NCBI GenBank assembly: GCA_031370005.1
Contig: JANMPT010000050.1
Location: forward strand, 1 to 64,000
Direction of reading: 5' to 3'
Origin: Bdellovibrionales bacterium
Lineage (GTDB): Bacteria > Bdellovibrionota > Bdellovibrionia > Bdellovibrionales > Bdellovibrionaceae
DNA: 64,000 nucleotides
Shown here in pieces: positions 19,423 through 28,814 of the stretch. Both the position numbers and the translations under genes were made by a program. Each line of letters begins with the position of its first letter. The first letter of the stretch is position 1. The notes below the pieces were generated by a model. It had not been told where the DNA came from, did no database searches, and was given only the letters and a program-made list of their open reading frames with translations.

Positions 19423-19534
19423 GCATAGATAATACCTTAAGGGTTTGCAAAGAGTCAGACCTTTTTTTAGTCCCTAGTATTGAAAGAACTTTCTCAAAAT
19501 AAGAAGTCTCAAATCAAGAATTTAAATTTTTTGT

Positions 19535-19562
19535 TAAAGTTCTGTGAAATTCCAACCGATAT
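19535..19562 (+). promoter_or_regulatory. Putative sigma28 promoter
   Basis: TAAA-N16-ACCGATAT upstream of the NHL lipoprotein. Confidence 0.45.
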
Positions 19563-19604
19563 TATACATAACGTATAAATTACGATAGGATTGAGGGCAC
19601 TTAA

Positions 19605-20825
19605 ATGAGACATCAAAAACAGACGCTTAGACATCTGACATACAATATACTGTTGTTATTTTTTAGCGGACTTTTATTTGGATGTTCTGCCCCACCGAGC
19701 TCGACTGCGGTGTCTTCCGCTTCCCAAACACCTACACCTACGCCTGCACCGTCTGCATGTTCAGGGGTCGCCACAACTTTTTCTACTGGCATGAATGCCA
19801 GTGTTGTTGTTGGTCAGTCAAGTTTTACCGCATCTACGTCGAACGCTGGAGGCGCAGTGAGTGCAGCTGGCTACAACAGGCCAGTGGGAGTGTGGGTTGC
19901 AGGCAGCAAGCTGTATGCTGGTGATGCCAATAATAACAGGGTTTTGGTCTACAATTCGATTCCAACCAGCAATGGAGTTACTGCGGATGTGGTAATAGGT
20001 CAGCCGAATTTTACCACTAGTACGGGTGGAACAACTGCCGCATTGCTCAATGGAACCCAAAATGTTTTTGCCGATACGACTTATTTGATCACACCTGAAT
20101 TTTCGAATAGTCGAATTACCTTTTGGCCCCTGGCAAGTTTAGCTAACGGGATGAGTGCAAGTTATCAGTGGGGTCAGCCAGACTTTGTTTCAAGTACAGT
20201 TAATAATGGAGGCATTGGCGCCGGAACTTTAAAAAATCCGACGTCCATTATTCATGTGGGAACAAAGTATATTGCCGCGGATGCAGGAAACAATCGGGTT
20301 CTGATTTATGATACATCCAGCGTTGTTTCTAGACAATCAGCAGTGGTTGTAATTGGCCAGCCGGACATGACTAGCAATACGAGTGGCAGCTCTACAAGCC
20401 AGTTGAACTTCCCTCTTGGAGTGGCTTCGGATGGAAGCAAACTAATAATTGTTGATTCCAGTAATAATCGAGCACTTATTTATAATACAATTCCAACAAC
20501 CAATGGGGCCGCAGCGGATGTGATACTCGGTGGTTTGGGAACAGATGCCTCTCATATGAGTAGCCCAGTGGGTGCCATTTATAGTGGAACAAAGTTATTT
20601 ATATCAGACCGTAGTAATCATCGAGTCTTGATATGGAATACTTTGCCGACCGCAAACTACATTGCGGCAGACATTGCCTTGGGTCAGGTTGATATGATTT
20701 CCGTTGCGTCAAATCGTGGCGGAGCTGCAGGCTCTAATACGTTGGCAAGTCCTCACTTTTTACAATTTGATGGATGCCGACTTTACGTTGCAGACAGAGA
20801 CAATCACAGGATTTTGATATACTAA
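19605..20825 (+). CDS. NHL-repeat beta-propeller lipoprotein
   Basis: Lipobox LFGC; Ser/Thr/Pro linker; repeated D-x-x-N[NH]RVL and VVIGQPDF/M motifs. Confidence 0.88.
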   Translation: MRHQKQTLRHLTYNILLLFFSGLLFGCSAPPSSTAVSSASQTPTPTPAPSACSGVATTFSTGMNASVVVGQSSFTASTSNAGGAVSAAGYNRPVGVWVAGSKLYAGDANNNRVLVYNSIPTSNGVTADVVIGQPNFTTSTGGTTAALLNGTQNVFADTTYLITPEFSNSRITFWPLASLANGMSASYQWGQPDFVSSTVNNGGIGAGTLKNPTSIIHVGTKYIAADAGNNRVLIYDTSSVVSRQSAVVVIGQPDMTSNTSGSSTSQLNFPLGVASDGSKLIIVDSSNNRALIYNTIPTTNGAAADVILGGLGTDASHMSSPVGAIYSGTKLFISDRSNHRVLIWNTLPTANYIAADIALGQVDMISVASNRGGAAGSNTLASPHFLQFDGCRLYVADRDNHRILIY

Positions 20826-20930
20826 AATCGCCCTGAATTTCCAAATTGAAAAAAAATCAAAAATAGAATAATTCGCGACACCTTACTGCGGCATTTATTG
20901 GCTGTTTGCCACCACAAGTGGCAAGCGCGG

Positions 20931-20946
20931 TGGCATATTTTTCGCT
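20931..20946 (+). promoter_or_regulatory. Putative sigma54 promoter
   Basis: TGGCATATTTTTCGCT, GG-N10-GC spacing. Confidence 0.55.
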
Positions 20947-20982
20947 AGGCAATTCCTTGTTGTCTCATTGGAAAGGTCCTCA

Positions 20983-22200
20983 ATGCAGCTCAAGGGTTTT
21001 TTATGCTTAGTCGTAATTTTACTGAGTGCATTTTGCGCCCAGGCATTAACTTCGACCTCACTTTTACCTGCTGGCATCAATAGCCCCTCTATTCGAATGG
21101 GATATGTTCAGGGAATTGATGAGCATTATACTGAAAATGGGACACTGATGAAGCTTGGCGACTATAAGTCAGTTGTTTTTGACGCCCCAACTCTTGCAAA
21201 GTTTAATAGCGACGCAAAAAAACTGATAACTGCCTTAAATCGTTTTGGTTCTCAGGGCTTAGGTGATCAATTAAATCTAGGTGTTTTGAAAGTCGATACG
21301 GTGCCTTTGGTAAAGTATTATGCTCCGGTCTATGCTCGCGGAGTGTCTAGTAACTGGACAGTAGGTTTCGGTGTTCCAGTTGTGAATTATACAAATAAAA
21401 TTAATCTCTCCACGCAGTTCTCGAACATTGAGGCCTATCGACGTCAGTTTTCGGGTCTCGACGCTGAGCTGGATGCTGCTTTAAACACAAACCTAGGTAC
21501 AGCAACTAACCAGGCGCTTCGCGATAAAGGCTATAAGTCTCTTGAAAGTAGAGATGAGACCTTTGTGGGAGATATTCAGTTAGTCAGCATGTATCGATTT
21601 TTTGAAGATGGACAGCAGGCCTTGGTTTATCAAACTCAATTCGCACTTCCAACAGGGCCTAAATACAACCCAGATGATTTAGCGGCATTGAATAGCTTTG
21701 GTAGGACTTCGATAAATAATACTTTGGTGTTCTCACATAAGCTTAGCAAAGGTTTTACAGTTATTCCATACCTCGCGTACTTACTAAACATTCAAGATGA
21801 TGTGACAGTGCGTGTGCCGAGCAATGAAAATGACACACTTCCGGATGAATCCACTAAAGAGAATTTGAAAAGGAATATTGGTAATACCACCGCCTTAGGG
21901 GGAAGTCTCGTTTATGATTTTAGTGATAGCTGGAGTTTAGGTGCTGGTTATGAATTATCTCAGAAGGAAAAAGATAGCTATCAAGGTTCTAAAGGCTCTA
22001 ACTACAATCTCTTATCAGAAAAGACAGCGATAAGTGCTCAGCGCGCAAAAATGGAAATCACCTATAGCAGTGTAAAAAGTTATTTTAAGAAGGCGGCCTT
22101 AATCCCTACGATTCTGGCATTTGAAATCTCTGATGTTGTGGCCGGGGTGAATGTTGAAAGACAGCTCGTTCAAGAGCTGAACTTGATGTTGTTTTTTTAA
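20983..22200 (+). CDS. Putative outer-membrane beta-barrel protein
   Basis: Signal peptide; alternating beta strands; GDIQ...LPTG pattern; C-terminal LNLMLFF. Confidence 0.7.
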   Translation: MQLKGFLCLVVILLSAFCAQALTSTSLLPAGINSPSIRMGYVQGIDEHYTENGTLMKLGDYKSVVFDAPTLAKFNSDAKKLITALNRFGSQGLGDQLNLGVLKVDTVPLVKYYAPVYARGVSSNWTVGFGVPVVNYTNKINLSTQFSNIEAYRRQFSGLDAELDAALNTNLGTATNQALRDKGYKSLESRDETFVGDIQLVSMYRFFEDGQQALVYQTQFALPTGPKYNPDDLAALNSFGRTSINNTLVFSHKLSKGFTVIPYLAYLLNIQDDVTVRVPSNENDTLPDESTKENLKRNIGNTTALGGSLVYDFSDSWSLGAGYELSQKEKDSYQGSKGSNYNLLSEKTAISAQRAKMEITYSSVKSYFKKAALIPTILAFEISDVVAGVNVERQLVQELNLMLFF

Positions 22201-22210
22201 GAGGGAATTT

Positions 22211-24778
22211 ATGCGAAACTGCACCAGGGTATTTTTAATATTATATATTGCTCTTCAAAGCGCGTGCGCGCCGAAGGCTCAAGATCGCCAGTACTTGCAA
22301 CCCACTTTAGATTTTGGTCCACGCACTAAAGATGCGGATCTCAGTGGAAGCCTCAAAGAGGCAGATGTTTATAAGGCGAAGCTTTCTTGGCAAGGGCCCG
22401 TTCAAACCGCAAATTTTTTCCAACAGGCAGAGAATTTAATAATCCTTGGTAGAAAAACAGGTAACCAGGAGCTTGCGAACAAAGGTCTTTATTGGATCGA
22501 AAATTTCTATAAACGGCCAAAGACGAGCACTTATATAGATTTTTCCAAGAGCCCGTTTGCAACTCTTGCGAGCACTCAAACCGAAGCTGAAGTTAGAAAG
22601 GCATTGGATGAAGTGCATGCGGATCTTGATCGCTCACGGGCTTTGCTTAAGAGCAAGATCACCGCACTTGGTGAGAGTTACAAGTGGCCTGAGCCGGGCA
22701 CTAATTTGAACCAGATTATTGAAAAGGCGGAGGCTTTTACCCAAGTGGTTTTAGATAATATAATTGCCATGGGTTTGTCTCCGGCTATTTCTGACGGCTT
22801 ATGCCTCGAGCTTAAAAAGCAAACATCAAGTTTATTCACTGAAGTTCATGGCTTGATAAGCCAGCTATATGGTGCAAAACAGTTTTCACAAGGTCTGTCG
22901 TTAGTTGAGGCGGCAATTGCTGAGTTCAAGGTAGATCTTCCTCCTGAGACAGTGACGAGTATCAACCAAGGTCGTCTGATTGTTAAAGATTTAGATAATT
23001 TGAAGGACGCTCAGGCCGGGCTGACGGTTCTTATTGATATCTGGGGGATTCTGTCAGTTCAAGAACGTGTAGACTATTTCAAAAATGAAAGCCAGTCGCT
23101 TTATGATTTCCTATCAAAGCAGGATGCGAAAGATTTGAGTTGTCTACGGCTAGCGGGCTGCAATGGTGGAATTATTAATGGGATTGCAAAAAAGATTTTC
23201 ATTTTTCCGAAAATCAAAGAGTACGGCATTGAGCAATTACATGTAATGTTAAATGAGAAAACTTTGCAGTACATGCAGGGGCAAATAGAAAGCTTCGCTC
23301 GAGCTTTCTTGGTTACTTTACCGGCGACATTTATTACGCAAATTGATAGAGGCCTTGAGGACAAAGATAAAGAACTTCAATCTATTCAGAAAAATTATCC
23401 TGAATATCTGAAAGGCTTGTTGGGCAGCTGGGCTGATAAGGTACTTCCCGGCACAAATGGGAAAGTCGCTGGATTTGAAGTTCCTACGATTAATATACAA
23501 GTCTCTAGTAAAAATAAAATGCAGGTTGAGGCCGTAGGCAGTAATTTGGATTTAAAGGCTAATACAGCAGGGGCTTCAATGAACGCAAATGCATTATTTT
23601 TGCAAAACAGCCCGCTTCACGACGAATTTAAAATGAGCACTGCTTTGTCTCAAATTAATAAATTGATTGCCATTGGTGGCTATCGTGATGACGATCAGAA
23701 GTTGATTCATGCTCTGATGATGCCCATTGAAAAAACATTGGCACCTTTGGATTTGATGACATTTACCAAGTCCAATTATTCGTATCGCATTCCCGACAAA
23801 ATAAAAATGCTGGACTCATTTCATGCCTCCGAAGAGCCTTACGAGAAAAACTTTTCAGCATCTGCATATGCGGAGCAGTTGAGTGGCCTTAGCCAAATGA
23901 TTAACTTTACAGCCGATTGGAAGGGGACGGGCTTTGAAGACAGCTTAGGTAAAATTAAAGCGCAGGAATTAACCTCTGAGATTAAAAATCCCGCTTTAGA
24001 AAGACCACTTTTCCCGAAAGATATGCTTTTTGCACTGAATATTGGAGACGCAGCGGTATTACTGAAGAATATTACAAAAAAATCAACGCCTGTGTTTTTG
24101 ATCACACTAAATGAGAAAATTATTTGGGCAGATCAATATCAATCCGGGGGCGATGAAACGGCGATTATGGCTGGCTTGGTGGATATCAAAGAAGGCCAAA
24201 GGGCGACAACTGTGCAAGTACAAGACGTCGCTAAATTTTTACTTGCAATAGGCGAGTTTTTAAAAGCAACCGAGGGCGTTGAACACACTCAATCCTCCAT
24301 TTTATTAGAAAAAGACATTTACGGAGTAACGCCTCTGGCGACTCTTTTAGAGGGCCGCGAAGAGTTAAGACTTTTAACGATTGCGCTTGGGAATTTTATT
24401 TCAAGTCAAATGGTGAATGAGAAATCATTCGTTCAGTCGACCTCTAGTTTGTTGAAAATGCAAAAGTCCGATAATAACAACTTTCAAATCGAAGACCAGG
24501 CCTTTGCAATCCGAGCCCTTATCTCTGCTTGGGAAATTACGCATATGGAAGTTTACTTGTGGTCAGCCCAAGAAATTTACTTTGCCATGAATAAGAATGC
24601 TTTTGACTCCAAAGAGCATTTTTATGTGAATAGCGATGGCTCTGGGTTGAGCTTTCCGCAAAAGATAAATGCCTTGCGAGCTTTGATTGAGCTGAAGCCA
24701 ACTTTGCCACAAGCTAGCCAAAATCAGTTGGAGAGACTAATGGCACCTTGGCTGAGAGCCCTTGAAGAGTTACAGTAG
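22211..24778 (+). CDS. Large hypothetical lipoprotein with a C-terminal alpha/alpha-toroid-like segment
   Basis: Lipobox-like QSAC; 855 aa; C-terminal IEDQAFAIRALISAWEIT...YLWSA. Confidence 0.7.
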   Translation: MRNCTRVFLILYIALQSACAPKAQDRQYLQPTLDFGPRTKDADLSGSLKEADVYKAKLSWQGPVQTANFFQQAENLIILGRKTGNQELANKGLYWIENFYKRPKTSTYIDFSKSPFATLASTQTEAEVRKALDEVHADLDRSRALLKSKITALGESYKWPEPGTNLNQIIEKAEAFTQVVLDNIIAMGLSPAISDGLCLELKKQTSSLFTEVHGLISQLYGAKQFSQGLSLVEAAIAEFKVDLPPETVTSINQGRLIVKDLDNLKDAQAGLTVLIDIWGILSVQERVDYFKNESQSLYDFLSKQDAKDLSCLRLAGCNGGIINGIAKKIFIFPKIKEYGIEQLHVMLNEKTLQYMQGQIESFARAFLVTLPATFITQIDRGLEDKDKELQSIQKNYPEYLKGLLGSWADKVLPGTNGKVAGFEVPTINIQVSSKNKMQVEAVGSNLDLKANTAGASMNANALFLQNSPLHDEFKMSTALSQINKLIAIGGYRDDDQKLIHALMMPIEKTLAPLDLMTFTKSNYSYRIPDKIKMLDSFHASEEPYEKNFSASAYAEQLSGLSQMINFTADWKGTGFEDSLGKIKAQELTSEIKNPALERPLFPKDMLFALNIGDAAVLLKNITKKSTPVFLITLNEKIIWADQYQSGGDETAIMAGLVDIKEGQRATTVQVQDVAKFLLAIGEFLKATEGVEHTQSSILLEKDIYGVTPLATLLEGREELRLLTIALGNFISSQMVNEKSFVQSTSSLLKMQKSDNNNFQIEDQAFAIRALISAWEITHMEVYLWSAQEIYFAMNKNAFDSKEHFYVNSDGSGLSFPQKINALRALIELKPTLPQASQNQLERLMAPWLRALEELQ

Positions 24779-24796
24779 TCATGATAGGTTCAAGCC

Positions 24797-25816
24797 ATGA
24801 AAAAGCTAAAGGTTTTCCTATCGAATAGTTTAAATCCTCATCTTAATTTGGCCACAGAGGAGTGGATCTTCCATAATCTGGACCCTTCTCAACAAGTTCT
24901 TTTTTTATGGCGTAATGAAGAAACTGTTGTGATTGGGCGTAATCAAAATCCTTGGTCCGAGTGCAATCTCGCGAAAATGAAAAGCGAAAGTGTTCATCTG
25001 GCCCGCAGAACCACCGGTGGCGGTGCGGTTTTCCAAGACCTCGGCAATACTAATTTTACGTTCCTTTCTCCGCGAGAGGCCTATAAGCGTGAAGACAATG
25101 TGCAAATTATTTTCCAAGCCTTAAGACAGTTCGGTATTGAGGGTGAGGCCTCTGGTCGCAACGATCTTTTGATCCCGTTTCCAGATGGGCCACGCAAGTT
25201 CAGCGGAAGTGCGTATCGCGAAAAAAAAGATCGAGCCTTTCACCATGGGACTTTGCTTTTGCATACGGATCTAAATCGCTTGGGGCAATATTTGACTCCA
25301 AACCTAAAGAAGCTGCAAGCAAAGGGCAAAGAATCCGTGCGTGCACGAGTGGCAAACCTAACGGAAGTCGCTAGCCACATTGAGCATAGTAAAATTGTTG
25401 AATCAATAATTTGGTCTTTTGAAAAGTTCCATGATGGAAAGGCCGAGATTGTTTCTTTGGATCTTGCGAGTCTACCGAAGATTCCAGAACTTAAAGGACA
25501 GTATGACACTTTATGTTCATGGGATTGGCTCTATGGCTCGACTCTCGAGTTTAATCAAAAGATGGATGAATATCTAAGTCTTGGTTTTTTTGATTTTCAT
25601 TTCAAAGTCGATGAAGGCCGCATCACAGATTTGCAGATTTTCACAGATTGCTTATATCCTCAACTTATTGAAGATTTGACCGGAGGGCTGAAGGGGCTTG
25701 CCTATTCCGGGGAGTCAATTCGCAAAGTCTTTAGCGCTGCAAACGCAAAGTATATGGACCTTGCCTCAGGTCTTGCTGAGCTTGAGCAGTGGCTTCGCAG
25801 ACAGATTGAAATCTAG
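24797..25816 (+). CDS. lplA: Lipoate-protein ligase A
   Basis: NLATEE, VVIGRNQNPW, RRTTGGGAV, GRND, KFSGSA and HHGTLL motifs. Confidence 0.96.
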   Translation: MKKLKVFLSNSLNPHLNLATEEWIFHNLDPSQQVLFLWRNEETVVIGRNQNPWSECNLAKMKSESVHLARRTTGGGAVFQDLGNTNFTFLSPREAYKREDNVQIIFQALRQFGIEGEASGRNDLLIPFPDGPRKFSGSAYREKKDRAFHHGTLLLHTDLNRLGQYLTPNLKKLQAKGKESVRARVANLTEVASHIEHSKIVESIIWSFEKFHDGKAEIVSLDLASLPKIPELKGQYDTLCSWDWLYGSTLEFNQKMDEYLSLGFFDFHFKVDEGRITDLQIFTDCLYPQLIEDLTGGLKGLAYSGESIRKVFSAANAKYMDLASGLAELEQWLRRQIEI

Positions 25817-25825
25817 GCTACCGCT

Positions 25826-26476
25826 ATGTCGACAATCAATCCGCACTACACTTTTAATTATTCACAACCTGAGGAGTATCATTTCTCTCATGACTCCGTA
25901 TTCCTCTCGCGCCGAATCTTTGAGCATCTCTCGGAGACTGATTTGACGGGGAGTTGTGCTTTGGATATCTGCTCGGGCTCCGGGATTGTCGGAATGGATT
26001 TTCTTTTTCATCGTCGGGGTGCGGAACAAAGTACTCCGGCCTCCTTCGATTTTCTTGAAATTCAAAATGAGTACCGACCACATTTCAATGAAAATATTCA
26101 AAGACTAGGTGTCGTTGAGACTGAATTGCGCTTTTTGAATCGTAATTATAATGATTTATTAGCGCCAGAGTTCGCTGAGAGCTACGATTTAATTCTTTCA
26201 AATCCCCCATACTTTTTTACTTGGCAAGGGAAGCTTTCCCCCTCTGAATTTAAGAATCGGTGTCGTTTTTTTATTGATTCTGATTTAAAAAATCTTTTGT
26301 TAGGCATTGCTTCTAGCATTAAAAAAACGGGGGTTTCCTATTTGCTTTTACGTGATCTGCCTGCCCATGACTGGAGTGTCATGGCAGCGGCGGAAAAGAT
26401 TTGTACTGGCAAGTTAAAAATCGAAGTTCTGGGCGATGTTCGTGGAACTCACTTCGTAAGGTTAGTGCCGATTTGA
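25826..26476 (+). CDS. SAM-dependent methyltransferase (tRNA1(Val) m6A37 TrmN6/YfiC-like)
   Basis: FSHDSVFL, LDICSGSG and SNPPYF motifs. Confidence 0.75.
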   Translation: MSTINPHYTFNYSQPEEYHFSHDSVFLSRRIFEHLSETDLTGSCALDICSGSGIVGMDFLFHRRGAEQSTPASFDFLEIQNEYRPHFNENIQRLGVVETELRFLNRNYNDLLAPEFAESYDLILSNPPYFFTWQGKLSPSEFKNRCRFFIDSDLKNLLLGIASSIKKTGVSYLLLRDLPAHDWSVMAAAEKICTGKLKIEVLGDVRGTHFVRLVPI

Positions 26477-27180
26477 GTTGGTGCTGCTGAATTTCGTTTC
26501 TTAATTTTAGCTTCAGTCTTTACTCGACAAGCAGGGTATTGACCAATAACTGACATTATTCTTTTGGTTTTCTGAGAGCGACCTTTTGGGCGAAGAACTT
26601 CCCAGTAAGAGCGGGGACTGAACAGGGGCTCACCGCGCTCGATTTGGTCATTGATCATAGATATTCCGCAAATCAAGCTTCTTTCCGGAGTTGCAGAGTC
26701 CCCATTGCGGCAACCGTTTGAGTATCTAGCCTCTTTGCCTCTATGCAACTGAAGAAGGCCTGCTGCAATTCCGTTTGGACCTTTTGCTTTTTCAGTAAAA
26801 ATGCATGAGCTTTCATAGTGAGTCATAGCTGAGACAATCAAGATCCAAAGTCCTTTTTTATCCTCATCACTTAATTTAGTGTAAGGTGGGCAGAGTACTT
26901 TGACATCCTTGGGGCCGTCATAGAGGGCACGTTGTCTGTCCTTATCCAGTTCCTTTTCAACGATAAGTCCCCACTTTTTAACTTCGCCATCTCCAGCAAA
27001 ATTCTCACATTTGTCGGCATATCTTTTGTTGATGATATCACTCACATCAGAGGCGGCATCCATCTCTATGGTGAAGTTTTCTTGGGCACTCATAGCTTTA
27101 AAATAGGCGTCATGCTCGTTTGAAGCCAAGCTATGCTGTGCAAATACAATTGCCGTAACCACTAACGTCCATTTAAGCAT
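26449..27180 (-). CDS. Secreted lytic transglycosylase (SLT domain)
   Basis: Signal peptide; catalytic ES in AMTHYESS; GLLQL motif. Confidence 0.8.
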   Translation of the reverse strand: MLKWTLVVTAIVFAQHSLASNEHDAYFKAMSAQENFTIEMDAASDVSDIINKRYADKCENFAGDGEVKKWGLIVEKELDKDRQRALYDGPKDVKVLCPPYTKLSDEDKKGLWILIVSAMTHYESSCIFTEKAKGPNGIAAGLLQLHRGKEARYSNGCRNGDSATPERSLICGISMINDQIERGEPLFSPRSYWEVLRPKGRSQKTKRIMSVIGQYPACRVKTEAKIKKRNSAAPTQIGTNLTK

Positions 27181-27211
27181 ATAATCCCCTTTTTGCTATG
27201 ATTGAAATCAA

Positions 27212-27227
27212 AGCAAAAGGGGTGCCC
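27212..27227 (-). promoter_or_regulatory. Putative sigma54 promoter of the SLT gene
   Basis: Minus strand GGGCACCCCTTTTGCT, near-consensus GGCAC-N5-TTGC. Confidence 0.65.
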
Positions 27228-27570
27228 TAGTGTATGTGACCATATTTTGAGTTAAGTCGATTTGAGTGTCTCAATTGTAGACAGGCAACAATTTGTGCTT
27301 TTTGCCGCCGGGGTCGAGGCCAGGTACTTGGGGCGTTGTCCTATCTTTAAATGAGGATTTCGGTAAGATTTAACTGCCTAAGCGCCTAAATATACTCAAT
27401 ATTTCTGATGTCTAAAATTAAATTAACCCGAAGCATAGATATATGCTATATTACTATAATAACTATTGATTTTAAATATTAGTAGCATTATAATTTATCC
27501 TCAGTAATAAATAATTAACTATTCAATATAAGTAGATAAAATTCCGAATGGTATCATATGCGGAGGATGT

Positions 27571-28221
27571 TTGAGTAAACAACAAAAAGTTATAAGCTAT
27601 GCCAATGTCTCAAAAACAGGGTTAGTCATGAGTCCTGATGGGTCGGGATATGCAGTGGATTGGACGGTTCTTCCTGTAAGCGATCATTTCTTTTTGGCCA
27701 CTAGCTGCCATATAAAAAAGGATCTTACTGGGATTCACATTCTTTTTGGAACCGCATCTTCTTTTGAAGAGTCAGAACATTACGATTTGGCGGTAGAACT
27801 GCATTTTCCTATCCATGAGGCAAAACTCTTTTTATATAACAGCGTATTTGTAGAGCTTGGTGGCAACGGCAAAATACCATTTTATGAATCTGTAAAAGAG
27901 GCTTTAAATAAACTCAATGTAGGAAGTCTTTTGGAGACAGAAAACAAAATGAGAAAATTGCCTACAAATAAAAATGCTTCTTTTAGAATGTTCCCAGCAA
28001 ATTTTGCAGCAATGAGCTACTCTGGGACACAGGCTTTGGTTGAATTTTTTGAAGTGACGCCAGAACTGGTGCATTTTGTAACAACCAGAACGCAAACTCG
28101 CCCTCATTCAGGGGTAAAGCCCGTCATAAGTATTATTTTAGACACGGTAGTATTATTCCAATTTATGAGTCAATGCCGTGATTTACTCAAAAATGTTTCT
28201 ACTCAGGAGGTCAGTATATGA
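27571..28221 (+). CDS. Hypothetical protein with two tandem DUF3467-like repeats; first gene of the RES operon
   Basis: TTG start after GGAGGA; two similar halves (FLATSCHI...ILFG...AVELHFPIHEAKLFL and FPANFAAM...VEFF...VISIILDTVVLFQF). Confidence 0.7.
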   Translation: MSKQQKVISYANVSKTGLVMSPDGSGYAVDWTVLPVSDHFFLATSCHIKKDLTGIHILFGTASSFEESEHYDLAVELHFPIHEAKLFLYNSVFVELGGNGKIPFYESVKEALNKLNVGSLLETENKMRKLPTNKNASFRMFPANFAAMSYSGTQALVEFFEVTPELVHFVTTRTQTRPHSGVKPVISIILDTVVLFQFMSQCRDLLKNVSTQEVSI

Positions 28222-28814
28222 GCTTACAAAGCCCATTTCTTTTTGATGATAGAGAATACTTTCACTTCGGCGATGTTGCAGTAAGAGAAACCGACTATAT
28301 TTCTACCTTTGTAGCGGTTTTACGTAAAGCAAGGCGTCAAGCGCTTAGTTTCTTGATGGCAGGAGCAATGGTAGCTCCGATTGCTGCAAGTCGAACTTAT
28401 TTGCATAGTTCAGTAGGATCTAGTCCAGCGCATTTTGCGGTAAAAAAGTCAAAGGTCGTCAGCGGTGAAATTGAAGAAGACCTAAGAAGAGCCTTTATTG
28501 ATAACAGGAATTTCCTTGGTCTTAAACAAGTGCAAGCAGCTCTTATTTTGGGACTTAGTGAGTCTACTATAGAAAAATTTGAGCAGGGTGTTTACCCTAC
28601 GCAGGCGGTTAAAACAAAAGAATTAGTTTCATTATTTAATGAATGGACTGATGTTCTAAAAGACATTCATGGAGATCGAAAGTTTATTGTAAGACCATTT
28701 CTTAAAGTAAAGCGTGATGCTTTGGGTGATATCTCATCTTTTGAATATGCAGTAAAACATCCAGGATCTGGTCTTTATGATCTAATTGGCCTTGAGAGAA
28801 AAATGTACGGATGA
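28218..28814 (+). CDS. Xre-HTH / MbcA-ParS-like antitoxin with N-terminal extension
   Basis: HTH LGLKQVQAALILGLSESTIEKFEQG; C-terminal FL...DALGDISSFEY...GLYDLIGL; ATGA overlaps at both ends. Confidence 0.8.
   Translation: MSLQSPFLFDDREYFHFGDVAVRETDYISTFVAVLRKARRQALSFLMAGAMVAPIAASRTYLHSSVGSSPAHFAVKKSKVVSGEIEEDLRRAFIDNRNFLGLKQVQAALILGLSESTIEKFEQGVYPTQAVKTKELVSLFNEWTDVLKDIHGDRKFIVRPFLKVKRDALGDISSFEYAVKHPGSGLYDLIGLERKMYG

Noticed and set aside
19780..20825. Repeats in the NHL gene as a DNA repeat or CRISPR-like array
   Set aside because: The repeats are protein-level and degenerate in DNA; no CRISPR array or cas gene is seen anywhere in the window
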